Shown here: positions 53,407 to 61,958 of the stretch, piece by piece | How positions within the stretch are numbered: the first letter of the stretch is position 1 | How the letters are laid out: every line of letters starts with the position of its first letter | DNA from: Planctomycetota bacterium | Lineage (GTDB): Bacteria > Planctomycetota > UBA11346 | NCBI GenBank assembly: GCA_038318565.1 | Contig: JBBQCI010000001.1 | Coordinates: forward strand, 42,724-106,723 | Reading direction: 5' to 3' | DNA: 64,000 bases | Notes under the pieces: model-generated | The model's database searches: none | What the model was told of the DNA's origin: nothing | Seen by the model: the letters and a program-made list of their open reading frames with translations, nothing else | Translations under genes and position numbers: made by a program

Positions 53407-54213
53407 CTACGGCTGTCCTGACAACCACGCGCTGGGGCTGCTTCCGGTAGCTGCCCTGAAGCGATGGTTGAAGTGGCTCTGGCTGCCAAATCCGCAGGCC
53501 AACGAGACATCGAGCAGGGTGCCTCGCCGTGCGCGCATCATCCGCTGGGCCTCGCGCAGGCGAATGTCCAGCAGGACATCGCCGATGGTGCGACCGGTAC
53601 GGGCGCGGAAGCGGGCCAGGAACTGCGAGCGACCAAGCGGGCCAAGCGCCACCAAGTCGGCGACGCGCACCGGCGTCATGTAATAGTCCTCAAGCCATCG
53701 GCAGGCCTGGTCGATTTGGCGATTGCCGGCAGCGACGGCGTCGGTGTCGGCAGTAGGCGCCTGCTGGGCATCGCGAGCCAGCGCAACGACAGCTTCGACG
53801 ACCAGGGCCTGGGCAGCCGGTCTGGCACCCAAGGCGGATGATGTCCATTCCCGCTCGGCCCGGTGGAGCAGCGCCGCAACCCGCTGACCCGTTGAAGATC
53901 GAACCGGCAGACGATTGGACTGCGCGGCAAGGTCCGAGATCCGGCCCAGCAGTACGCCAGCCTCTGCAGGCAGTTCGCCAGACGCCACGTTCAGCACCAC
54001 CGCACTGAACGTCTCATCCCGACCGGTCGCGCTCATGTGGGGGCATCCGATCGGATAGACGAAGACATCGCCGGGTACGCACGGGATGTCTCCTGTGCCG
54101 GTCAATTGCCGACCACGCCCCCGCTGGACCACAAGGAACTCGATGTCGTTATGCACATGACGATTCCCGGTCGGGTTGGTCAGGGCATGGGCCTGGAACG
54201 CCAGCAGGATCAT
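53407..54213 (-). CDS. AraC-family transcriptional regulator (cupin sensor domain plus HTH)
   Basis: The C-terminal HTH is LDVSLACGFGSQSHFNHRFRAATGSSPSAWL. The N-terminal cupin-like region reads VVQRGRGRQLTGTGDIPCVPGDVFVYPIGCPH. I chose the start at ATG 54213 to avoid overlapping the divergent MocA gene. The ORF is open to 54564. Confidence 0.7.
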   Translation of the reverse strand: MILLAFQAHALTNPTGNRHVHNDIEFLVVQRGRGRQLTGTGDIPCVPGDVFVYPIGCPHMSATGRDETFSAVVLNVASGELPAEAGVLLGRISDLAAQSNRLPVRSSTGQRVAALLHRAEREWTSSALGARPAAQALVVEAVVALARDAQQAPTADTDAVAAGNRQIDQACRWLEDYYMTPVRVADLVALGPLGRSQFLARFRARTGRTIGDVLLDIRLREAQRMMRARRGTLLDVSLACGFGSQSHFNHRFRAATGSSPSAWLSGQP

Positions 54214-54273
54214 GCCGGACGATACCACAAGCACCGGCGTGTGCGAGGGCAAGACACAGGCTGCCGGGGAGAT

Positions 54274-55317
54274 ATGCTGTTCGCCATGAGCACCCCCCTC
54301 CGTCTCGTCATCACCGGCTGCGGCGGCATCGCCGCCGCGTGGCTCGACAATCTGGTCAAGCGCGACGATGTCGCGCTTGCTGGCTTCGTCGATCTCAATC
54401 CGAAACGGGCGGCCGAGCGGGCCGAGCAGTACGCCAAAGGCGCCGCCACCGGTAGCGATCTGGCGGCCATGATCGACCAGGTGAAGCCCGACATCGTCAT
54501 CGACTTGACCATCCCCGATGCTCATGCCGACGTCGCCTGTCTTGCCCTCGGCAAGGGCTGCCATGTCCTGTCAGAGAAGCCCATGGCCGCCACTATGGAG
54601 GGCGCACGACGCATCCTGGCCGCCACCACGGCGAGCGGACGCACCCACGCGGTGATGCAGAACCGCCGCTGGCTGCCCAGCATCCGTCGCTACCGCGAAG
54701 CCGTGCTGGGCGGTTCGATCGGCCGGCTGACGGAACTGCACGCAGATTTCTTCATCGGTGCCCATTTCGGTGGTTTCCGCGACACTATGCGGCACGTCCT
54801 CCTGCTCGACATGTCGATCCATAGCTTCGACCAGGCCCGCTTCATTGGCAATCTGGAGCCGGTGGCGGTGCATGCGACCGAGTGGAATCCGCCCGGTTCC
54901 TGGTTCGCCCATGGTGCATCTGCCTTGGTCTGCGTCGAATGCGCTGGCGGCGAGCGGATTACTTATCGCGGCAGCTGGTGCAGCGAGGGCGCCAACACGT
55001 CGTGGGAATGCGCCTGGCGCGGTGTCTGCACCGGAGGCACCGCACTGTGGGATGGCCATGACGAGATCCGCGTCGATGCCGTCGACTTGGGAAAGGATGG
55101 GTGCATCCGGCCAAAACGCGAAGTCGCTGCCCCGCCGCTGGTGACACTCGATTTGACCCAGCACGCCGGATGTATCGACGATATGCTGACGGCAATCAAG
55201 ACCGGCAAGCAGCCAATGACCACCGGAAGCGATAATGTCAAGTCGCTGGCCATCGTCCATGCCGCCATCACCAGCGCAGACCGTGGTGGGGCCCGCGTCA
55301 CTATTGACTCGATCTGA
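54274..55317 (+). CDS. Gfo/Idh/MocA-family NAD(P)-dependent oxidoreductase
   Basis: The Rossmann N-terminus is LRLVITGCGGIAAAWLDNL, followed by the MocA C-terminal alpha/beta domain. A GGGGAG ribosome-binding site precedes ATG 54274. An alternative start is at 54286. Confidence 0.75.
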   Translation: MLFAMSTPLRLVITGCGGIAAAWLDNLVKRDDVALAGFVDLNPKRAAERAEQYAKGAATGSDLAAMIDQVKPDIVIDLTIPDAHADVACLALGKGCHVLSEKPMAATMEGARRILAATTASGRTHAVMQNRRWLPSIRRYREAVLGGSIGRLTELHADFFIGAHFGGFRDTMRHVLLLDMSIHSFDQARFIGNLEPVAVHATEWNPPGSWFAHGASALVCVECAGGERITYRGSWCSEGANTSWECAWRGVCTGGTALWDGHDEIRVDAVDLGKDGCIRPKREVAAPPLVTLDLTQHAGCIDDMLTAIKTGKQPMTTGSDNVKSLAIVHAAITSADRGGARVTIDSI

Positions 55318-55416
55318 GAGTGATCGCTTAAGCCCGGGCCTGTGTTGGTACCTGAGATCATCCTGCCTTTGCTTCCAACATAAAACTATCCAGCATATAA
55401 CATCCAAGGGGCATCC

Positions 55417-56310
55417 ATGACCACCCATCCTCTCCACGATATCCGCATCGGCACCCTGGTCGGCGGCGGTGCCGACACCGTCGACAAGCTGAAATTCCTC
55501 CTGCCGCATGGATTCGAGAGCTTCTCGATCACCTTCTGGCAGCAGCTTGGCGACACTCAGCTGCCGCGCCTGGCCGAGGAGGTGCGCAAGACGCTGGCTG
55601 GCACCAACACGGTGATCAGCAGCATCGGCGTGTTCGGTAACCCGCTGGAAACCACCGAGATCGACCTCAAGACGCTGGCTGGCTGGGAAGTCGCCATCGA
55701 CCACGCCAAGGATTTCGGAGCCGATATCGTCTCGGGATTCACCGGACGTGTGCGCGGCAAGAAGTTGGACGAAAGCATCCCGCGCTTCAAAGAGGTCTTC
55801 GGCCGTCTCGCCGACCGCGCCGCGGCCAAAGGCGTGCGACTGGCGTTTGAAAACTGTGCCATGGGTGGCGATTGGGGGTCCGGCGACTGGAATATCGCGC
55901 ATGGCCCGGATGCTTGGGACCTGATGTTCAACGCCGTGCCGGCCAAGCATATCGGCCTGGAGTGGGAGCCCTGCCACCAGATGGTCCGTCTGTGCGACCC
56001 ATTCCCGCAGTTGGACGACTGGCATCAGCGTATCTTCCACATCCATGGCAAAGATGCCTCGATCGATCATACGCGCCTGCGGAAGTACGGCTTCGGCGCT
56101 TCGAAAGAATGGTCGTGGCACCGTACCCCGGGCTTCGGCGACAGTGACTGGACGGCAATCATCAGTCGGCTTCGCCAACACCAGTTCAAGGGCTCGATCG
56201 ACATTGAAGGCTGGCATGATCCGGTCTACCGCGGCGACCTTGAATACACCGGCCAGGTCCATGGCTTGAACCACTTGATCCGCTGCCGCGGCGGCAAGAC
56301 GCCCGTCTAA
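55417..56310 (+). CDS. sugar phosphate isomerase/epimerase (xylose-isomerase-like TIM barrel)
   Basis: 297 aa. The pattern ...GFESFSITFWQ...AKDFGADIVSGFTG...LAFENC...HIHGKD... matches the AP endonuclease 2 / TIM-barrel family. Confidence 0.75.
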   Translation: MTTHPLHDIRIGTLVGGGADTVDKLKFLLPHGFESFSITFWQQLGDTQLPRLAEEVRKTLAGTNTVISSIGVFGNPLETTEIDLKTLAGWEVAIDHAKDFGADIVSGFTGRVRGKKLDESIPRFKEVFGRLADRAAAKGVRLAFENCAMGGDWGSGDWNIAHGPDAWDLMFNAVPAKHIGLEWEPCHQMVRLCDPFPQLDDWHQRIFHIHGKDASIDHTRLRKYGFGASKEWSWHRTPGFGDSDWTAIISRLRQHQFKGSIDIEGWHDPVYRGDLEYTGQVHGLNHLIRCRGGKTPV

Positions 56311-57524
56311 GTTGTAGCCAACCCGTCAACCGCCGCACGTAGTCGCGGCAGGTCGGCGGGGGTTACCCATGCGGGGCGCGGCGCCCAGGCGAAACCCTGG
56401 TCGCACGGATGCGTGCCATCGGCCAGGAATCGTGCGCTGGCATCCAGGATTCCTGGCATGGTTCCATTGCACGTCGGTTCTTGGCCGATCCGACCGGTCG
56501 ACAGATGGGCGAGCGCATTCAATCGCACAAACGATCGTGCGTCCGCCAAGGTGGTCGCCGGACGTCCACTACCGGCAGCCACCAGGGCGCAGGCAGCCTG
56601 CATGTTCTCATACTGGTGCTGGTTCACGGCTCCGCTGATCACCTCGTCGGGACGTCCAGGGCGGATGATGCGGACACGTTCAGCTTCGTCCGGACGGATC
56701 CGGATGAGCGCATCCCCGCACTGCATCTCCTCGATTGGATCGGTATTGCGCTCGCCAGCATGAGTCACAGCGATGCGTACGGGGACCGCCTCGGTGGCGA
56801 CCTCGACCAAAACCGTGTCGGCCCCCTGGATAAGGTGGGCACGCATCAGGCTGGCCCGAACCCGCAACGCCTGTCCAAAGCCATCCTGTGTTCCACCGGC
56901 CCAATGCAGGGCATCATGGACGAAATGGGCCATGGCATTGCCAAGCGGTCCATCGAGTACCAACCGATCGCGCAGGACCAAGCGACCCGCCCAATCGGCA
57001 CGGCCATAATATGCGTCGTTACGCTGCCAACTGACGAACACCCGCACCGACTGCAGGGGTCCGAATTCCCCAGTCAGGATCCGCCGTTTGACCGCCTGAC
57101 GGATCGGATCGCGGATGAAATTGAAACCAACCCAGGTCGGGATCGCGGCGGTGGCATCGACAGCGATCATCTGCTCCAACTCGTCGGGGTCGAGCGTCGG
57201 CGGCTTCTCCAGATAGACCGCGAGGCCACGACTCACGCAGACCTGATGCATCGAAGCGTGCAATGGGACCGGTGTCGGAATAGTGACCAGCTGCAACGTC
57301 TGGCCATGCTCACGCAGCATCGCGTCCAGATCTGGCAGCACCGCCACCCCACGTTCGGCCAGTCGTAGTTCTGGCGTCGCAGCAATCAGTTCTGCGGCAC
57401 GCGGATCGCACGTAGCGACCACCCGTACGGCACCCTCCTGCTCGAGGCGCTGGAGGGCGCGATGATGCACCGTGGCGTAGCCGCCAAGACCGACAACGGC
57501 GACGGGAAGAGGCTGGGTGCTCAT
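56307..57524 (-). CDS. Gfo/Idh/MocA-family oxidoreductase
   Basis: The Rossmann N-terminus is LPVAVVGLGGYATVHHRAL. 405 aa. Its stop overlaps the isomerase gene end. Confidence 0.8.
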   Translation of the reverse strand: MSTQPLPVAVVGLGGYATVHHRALQRLEQEGAVRVVATCDPRAAELIAATPELRLAERGVAVLPDLDAMLREHGQTLQLVTIPTPVPLHASMHQVCVSRGLAVYLEKPPTLDPDELEQMIAVDATAAIPTWVGFNFIRDPIRQAVKRRILTGEFGPLQSVRVFVSWQRNDAYYGRADWAGRLVLRDRLVLDGPLGNAMAHFVHDALHWAGGTQDGFGQALRVRASLMRAHLIQGADTVLVEVATEAVPVRIAVTHAGERNTDPIEEMQCGDALIRIRPDEAERVRIIRPGRPDEVISGAVNQHQYENMQAACALVAAGSGRPATTLADARSFVRLNALAHLSTGRIGQEPTCNGTMPGILDASARFLADGTHPCDQGFAWAPRPAWVTPADLPRLRAAVDGLATT

Positions 57525-57548
57525 CCTTAGATCATATATGATCTAAGG
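57525..57548. promoter_or_regulatory. 24-bp perfect AT-rich palindrome (putative operator) abutting the start codon of the MocA oxidoreductase
   Basis: The sequence is CCTTAGATCATATATGATCTAAGG. It is an exact palindrome directly 5' of the ATG at 57524. Its core is identical to the site at 51022. Confidence 0.5.
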
Positions 57549-57567
57549 ACGACACAACCCTTCATCC

Positions 57568-58629
57568 TCAGAAGCCGACCGGACCACCTGGACGGGGGGC
57601 ATCGGCTGGCGGAGCATTGGCGTCAGCCGGTGCATCGGGACGACGACGCATCCCACCGCCGCCAAATCCTCCCGGACCGCCACGCCCGCCCACCATGCCA
57701 CCCATAGCACCGCGCATCCATCGCAAGGCCGGAGAATCTGCGCTGACTTCCCAACCGCCGTCAACCAGCTTCAGCTTCAACGGCAGGGTCTGTTCGGCTG
57801 CAAAGGCGGTGAAGCGTACGACAACCGTGATGGTGCCGTCCGCATTGGCTGGCTCGGCAACGACCTTGGCCGAAGCGAAGGCCGCGTCAGCATCAAGTCC
57901 GTAGACAGCCAAGGCCTGCTTCAGGCGCGGCAGTCCAGCAGACCAGGCTGCCAGCAGGGTGCGAGACGGATCGACGGCGGAGGGGGCATCCGGCTTCGCT
58001 GCCGTGGCGGCCCGCACCGCAACCGCAAAAGCCTGAAGATGCGGCTGGGCGGCAGCGGCGCGTTGCTCATCGGTCAACGGGGCAGTCGCTGCCCACGTGG
58101 CAAAGCCCTTAGACCAGGTGTCGATGGCCGCGATCTGCCTGCTCTCTTGACCCTGGGCCAGTATGCCACTCATGATCCCGATGAGCATGCCGCCCGCCGC
58201 CATGCGCGGGACGAAGGCGAGGAACGGCTGGTCGGTCGGCAGCTGAACACTGGCCGGGGCCTTGCCGTCGAGCGACACCGTTCCCGCCATGGCCGCCAGG
58301 GTCGCGGCAAGGATGCGTCCACCCTGAGCCGCCTGATCGCCTTCAGCAAGCATGCGCAGTGGCATGTCGAGCGTGCGCCCGCCGCGTGGTCCGCCACGCT
58401 GACGGTCTGTTCCGGGGGCTCCTTCAGCCGGTGCCGGCGAAGTCGGCTGCGAGAGCGCCGCCGACCAGACCTTACGCTGCGCTTCGGGCAGGGCGTCCCA
58501 GGCGGTGGTCAGATCGTTGGCCTGCATGGCCTTGATCCAACTACCGACCGTCGCTGCCGGATCCGGAGCATCACCGGCGTACGCAGCCGCGAGCACCAGC
58601 ATGAGGATGAAGGAGCGGAATGCGGTCAT
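57568..58629 (-). CDS. hypothetical secreted protein with a Gly-rich C-terminal tail
   Basis: It has a signal peptide MTAFRSFILMLVLAAAYA and an Ala-rich helical body. The tail is GGMVGGRGGPGGFGGGGMRRRPDAPADANAPPADAPRPGGPVGF. Confidence 0.4.
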   Translation of the reverse strand: MTAFRSFILMLVLAAAYAGDAPDPAATVGSWIKAMQANDLTTAWDALPEAQRKVWSAALSQPTSPAPAEGAPGTDRQRGGPRGGRTLDMPLRMLAEGDQAAQGGRILAATLAAMAGTVSLDGKAPASVQLPTDQPFLAFVPRMAAGGMLIGIMSGILAQGQESRQIAAIDTWSKGFATWAATAPLTDEQRAAAAQPHLQAFAVAVRAATAAKPDAPSAVDPSRTLLAAWSAGLPRLKQALAVYGLDADAAFASAKVVAEPANADGTITVVVRFTAFAAEQTLPLKLKLVDGGWEVSADSPALRWMRGAMGGMVGGRGGPGGFGGGGMRRRPDAPADANAPPADAPRPGGPVGF

Positions 58630-59246
58630 GGTTTCTCCAAAGTCGGGAGCGTAGTCTTGGTCGGAGCGAGCGGAACCTGCTCCGGATCGTCCGGCGCACT
58701 GCGGATGTCGATGGTGATCTGAACCTTGAAGGTGCCGGTCGGATAGAGGCGTTTGTAGGCCTCGGCCATCTTGGGCAGACCTTCTTGGACGCGCACCAAC
58801 AGACGCAGGCAGTCCTGCAGATCGCTCTGCAGACGCGAGCGCTCGCCGTCCTCTTTCAGTTTGGCGATCTCAGCACGCAGCTTGTCGGCGTCGGTCAGCA
58901 ACTGCCGTGGGCGCGGCACCGCAGCGATGGTACCGGACAACAATATCTCAGTCCCGTCGCGCCGGACGGTCAGCTCGATCGGGGCATCAACAGTTAGTGG
59001 TGCGAGCGCAACAGCAACCTCGGCGGTGGTTGTCACCGGGGTGGTCCCGATACGCATCAAGCGGTCGCCAGGCTTCACGCCCATGCGGTCGGCACTGGCT
59101 CCGGCCGCGACCTGAGTCACCCGCAACGGGGGCGCGTCGGCGACCTCCTCCAGGTCGAGACCAAGCCAGATCGGTTCTGAGGAGACGACCGCCTCGCCAG
59201 TACAAGCGAGGGCGGCCAACAACAGGGCCAGCAGGCAGCGCGACAT
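58626..59246 (-). CDS. secreted PDZ-domain protein (no protease domain)
   Basis: It has a signal peptide MSRCLLALLLAALACTG. The PDZ domain reads WLGLDLEEVAD...LRVTQVAAGASADRMGVKPGDRLMRIG, with a GLGF-like loop. 206 aa. Confidence 0.6.
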   Translation of the reverse strand: MSRCLLALLLAALACTGEAVVSSEPIWLGLDLEEVADAPPLRVTQVAAGASADRMGVKPGDRLMRIGTTPVTTTAEVAVALAPLTVDAPIELTVRRDGTEILLSGTIAAVPRPRQLLTDADKLRAEIAKLKEDGERSRLQSDLQDCLRLLVRVQEGLPKMAEAYKRLYPTGTFKVQITIDIRSAPDDPEQVPLAPTKTTLPTLEKP

Positions 59247-59839
59247 CAGCGGATCTCCAGGTGAATGAACCAGGCTTTGGTCACGTCCGGTCGAGGAACG
59301 GACGCGAGTTCAGCAGCAGCCGAGGTCAGGGCATCACGCTCGGCAAGCAGTTGTTCGCGCTGTTCTGCTGCTGTCGGAGGTGGCCAGCTGCCGTCCATCT
59401 CTGGCGGTGGACCCATGCCCCATGGGGCCAACCCAGCCCACGGCGGTGGCCCCGCAGGCCGCGGCAGACGGGCCTGGAACTCGCCACGTAGGGTGGAGGT
59501 ACTCGACGAAGTCCCCCTTTTCACCGCAACCCGCACCGCGTCACCAGCCTCGGCTTGGCGGACGATGGCGCGCAGCTCACGACGGGTGGACACCGGCTGG
59601 CCATTGAGCGACATGACGATGTCCCCGGGGGCCACCCCCAGGCTGTCAGCCGTGCCGCCGGGACGCACGTGGAGAACCACCAGGCCTTGCCCAGGCATCA
59701 GGTCATGGGCTGCCTGCACCGACAGCGGCGGCGGAGCGGCAAAGGCGCCCCAACCGGCGCGGCCCGGTTCCTCGTAATCGTCGGCCGCCTGAGCGTTGGC
59801 AAGCACGGAAAACACGGCAAGCAGGAGGAACTGACGCAT
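59246..59839 (-). CDS. secreted PDZ-domain protein (no protease domain)
   Basis: It has a signal peptide MRQFLLLAVFSVLANAQA. The PDZ domain reads GQGLVVLHVRPGGTADSLGVAPGDIVMSLNGQPV. The ORF is open to 59884. Confidence 0.6.
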   Translation of the reverse strand: MRQFLLLAVFSVLANAQAADDYEEPGRAGWGAFAAPPPLSVQAAHDLMPGQGLVVLHVRPGGTADSLGVAPGDIVMSLNGQPVSTRRELRAIVRQAEAGDAVRVAVKRGTSSSTSTLRGEFQARLPRPAGPPPWAGLAPWGMGPPPEMDGSWPPPTAAEQREQLLAERDALTSAAAELASVPRPDVTKAWFIHLEIR

Positions 59840-59885
59840 GGCGGAAACATGCCTGTCCCAGGCCGTCAGGCGATCCCCGACCACG

Positions 59886-61220
59886 TCATCCAGGCGTCAT
59901 CGTCAAGCGGACGGTAAATTGCCCATCTGCGACGGATAAATCCATGGGAACTGCCAGCAGTGCCGTGATACGCCGGCATAAAGCCAGGCCGAGGCCACAG
60001 TGCGCCCCATTACTGCGGGCTCCATCGGCACGATAGAAGGCGGTACCCAGTCGGACAGGATCGACCTGACCAGGACAGGCGTTGGCAATAGTCAGCACGC
60101 CATCGGCCAGGAGGATCGTGATGGTCGAGCCAGGCGGCGCATGCGCAACCGCGTTCCCGACCAAGTTGTCGAAGACCACATCGAGATGCGCCGACGAGAC
60201 CTTCGCCATCATGGAATCCGGCGTCTTCATGTCCCATACGAGGCCACGGCCGAGCGCGCGCGATTCCCAGCGTTCGACAACCCCGCCAAGCAGTGGGACG
60301 ACGTCACACGGCTCGCTAGCGATGTGTTCTCGTCCGGCCTCGATCCGCGCCAGCATGAGGATGTTCCCCACCATCCCCTGCATCCGGCCGACGGTGGCGA
60401 GGAGCCCGCGCAGCACGGCTTGCTCGTCTAGATACGCACTGGAAAGCAGCCGAAATTCAATCTCTGTACGCAAACCGGCAACTGGAGTGCGTAGTTCATG
60501 GGCGATGTTGGCGATGGTCGCCTGCTCGCGCTGGAACGCTTCCTCCAACCCGCCCAGCAGCGTATTGAGGCGGCCAACCAGACGGCGCACCTCGTCCGGC
60601 CCAGCTCCAGGCGGGACGCGCGCAGCAAGATCCTCCGGACGCAGTAGCGAGAGTTCATGATCGAGCGCCACCAGCGGACGCAGCACTGATCGTCTCAAAG
60701 CTAAGGCGGCACCGACAGCGAGACCCGTGGCGACCAACCACAAGGTGGCCAGTCCGATCGCCATGCGCCGGAGCTCGGCGTGCACGGGGGTGAGATCCTC
60801 GCCAATCAACACCGTCGCCTGAATTGGAGACGCCCCCTCGGCTTGCGGAGGCGGATGCTGCAAAGCGACCGCCAAGACGCGGATGCCACGCACCTCACCG
60901 CGCCAGCCATCCGGAGGTACGCTGCCATCGTCCAGTTTCAGACTGGTGTCCGGTTCGGGTCCCACGGTAGAGCCATTCGCGCTCAGTATATGCATCAGAC
61001 GCGGGGCACGCCCGTCCGGGGGGCGACTTGGTCCACGCCAACGCCCACTCATCATGGCGTCGAAGCGCCGGGTGCGTTCCGCCCGATTGTCGAGATCGCG
61101 ATCAACCCCAGAACGCAGCACCACCGACAGCGACCACCACATCACCACGGCGGCGATCAGCACCGTTCCGGCTGTTATTCCGACCACAGCCAGGGTCAGG
61201 CGAGTGGCCAAGCTGCTCAT
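59886..61220 (-). CDS. two-component sensor histidine kinase
   Basis: It has two TM helices flanking a periplasmic segment. The HisKA H-box is IANIAHELRTPVAGL. The HATPase_c domain carries the N, G1 and G2 boxes (VFDNLVGNAVAHA...GLGLAL). Confidence 0.85.
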   Translation of the reverse strand: MSSLATRLTLAVVGITAGTVLIAAVVMWWSLSVVLRSGVDRDLDNRAERTRRFDAMMSGRWRGPSRPPDGRAPRLMHILSANGSTVGPEPDTSLKLDDGSVPPDGWRGEVRGIRVLAVALQHPPPQAEGASPIQATVLIGEDLTPVHAELRRMAIGLATLWLVATGLAVGAALALRRSVLRPLVALDHELSLLRPEDLAARVPPGAGPDEVRRLVGRLNTLLGGLEEAFQREQATIANIAHELRTPVAGLRTEIEFRLLSSAYLDEQAVLRGLLATVGRMQGMVGNILMLARIEAGREHIASEPCDVVPLLGGVVERWESRALGRGLVWDMKTPDSMMAKVSSAHLDVVFDNLVGNAVAHAPPGSTITILLADGVLTIANACPGQVDPVRLGTAFYRADGARSNGAHCGLGLALCRRITALLAVPMDLSVADGQFTVRLTMTPG

Positions 61221-61891
61221 GCGTCGATGCCGAGTTGGTAGCCAAAGCCCCGTCGGGTGTGCAGCACAGCTGCCGCACCCGGTGGATGCAGCTTGCGGCG
61301 CAACCGACCCACCAGCACATCGATGAGGTTGCTCGCCGCTGCCCCTTCGCCGGGATAGAGCTGGGCGAACAGTTCGTCCCGTGCGACCACCGCCGGCATA
61401 CGAGCGGCCAGCATCTCGAGGAGGTGGAATTCCTTCGGCGTCAGGTCGATGCGCCGACCAGCGCGTCGGACCATACGGGCCCCGGTGTCGAGCTCGACAT
61501 CGCCAATCTGGATGATGGGGTCGGCGCGGTTGTCACCCCGGCGCAGCAGGGCGCGCAGCCGTGCCAGTAGTTCAGCGACGGCGAAAGGCTTGACCAAGTA
61601 GTCATCGGCTCCGGCGTCCAAGCCCGTCACTCGCGCATCGACTCCATCACAAGCCGTCAGCAGCAGGACCGGCACACGCGATCCGGCACGGCGCAGACGG
61701 CGCAGGATCTCGAGTCCATCCAAGCCTGGCATCATGCGGTCGAGAACGATCAGGTCGTGGGTCGCCTCGCTGGCCGACTCCCAGCCAGCGACCCCGTCGG
61801 GACACGCCGTCACCTCGTACCCGGCAGCGGTCAATCCGCGTTGCAGGGAGTCACGCAGGGTCTCATTATCTTCAATCACCAGGAGACGCAC
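61217..61891 (-). CDS. OmpR/PhoB-family response regulator
   Basis: The receiver domain begins MRLLVIEDNETLRDSL, with the phospho-acceptor aspartate in LIVLDRMMPGLDG. A winged-helix output domain follows. Its stop overlaps the histidine kinase start. Confidence 0.9.
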   Translation of the reverse strand: MRLLVIEDNETLRDSLQRGLTAAGYEVTACPDGVAGWESASEATHDLIVLDRMMPGLDGLEILRRLRRAGSRVPVLLLTACDGVDARVTGLDAGADDYLVKPFAVAELLARLRALLRRGDNRADPIIQIGDVELDTGARMVRRAGRRIDLTPKEFHLLEMLAARMPAVVARDELFAQLYPGEGAAASNLIDVLVGRLRRKLHPPGAAAVLHTRRGFGYQLGIDA

Positions 61892-61958
61892 GACACCAGC
61901 CTGTCATGGAGCGCGGCCGGAACAGCGCCGGTTGGCGTCATCAAGCTGTCATCCCGCC

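Noticed and set aside
54571-56274. A 567-aa minus-strand ORF spanning the MocA oxidoreductase and the TIM-barrel isomerase
   Set aside because: It crosses two plus-strand genes that have clear family signatures. It is antisense to both.
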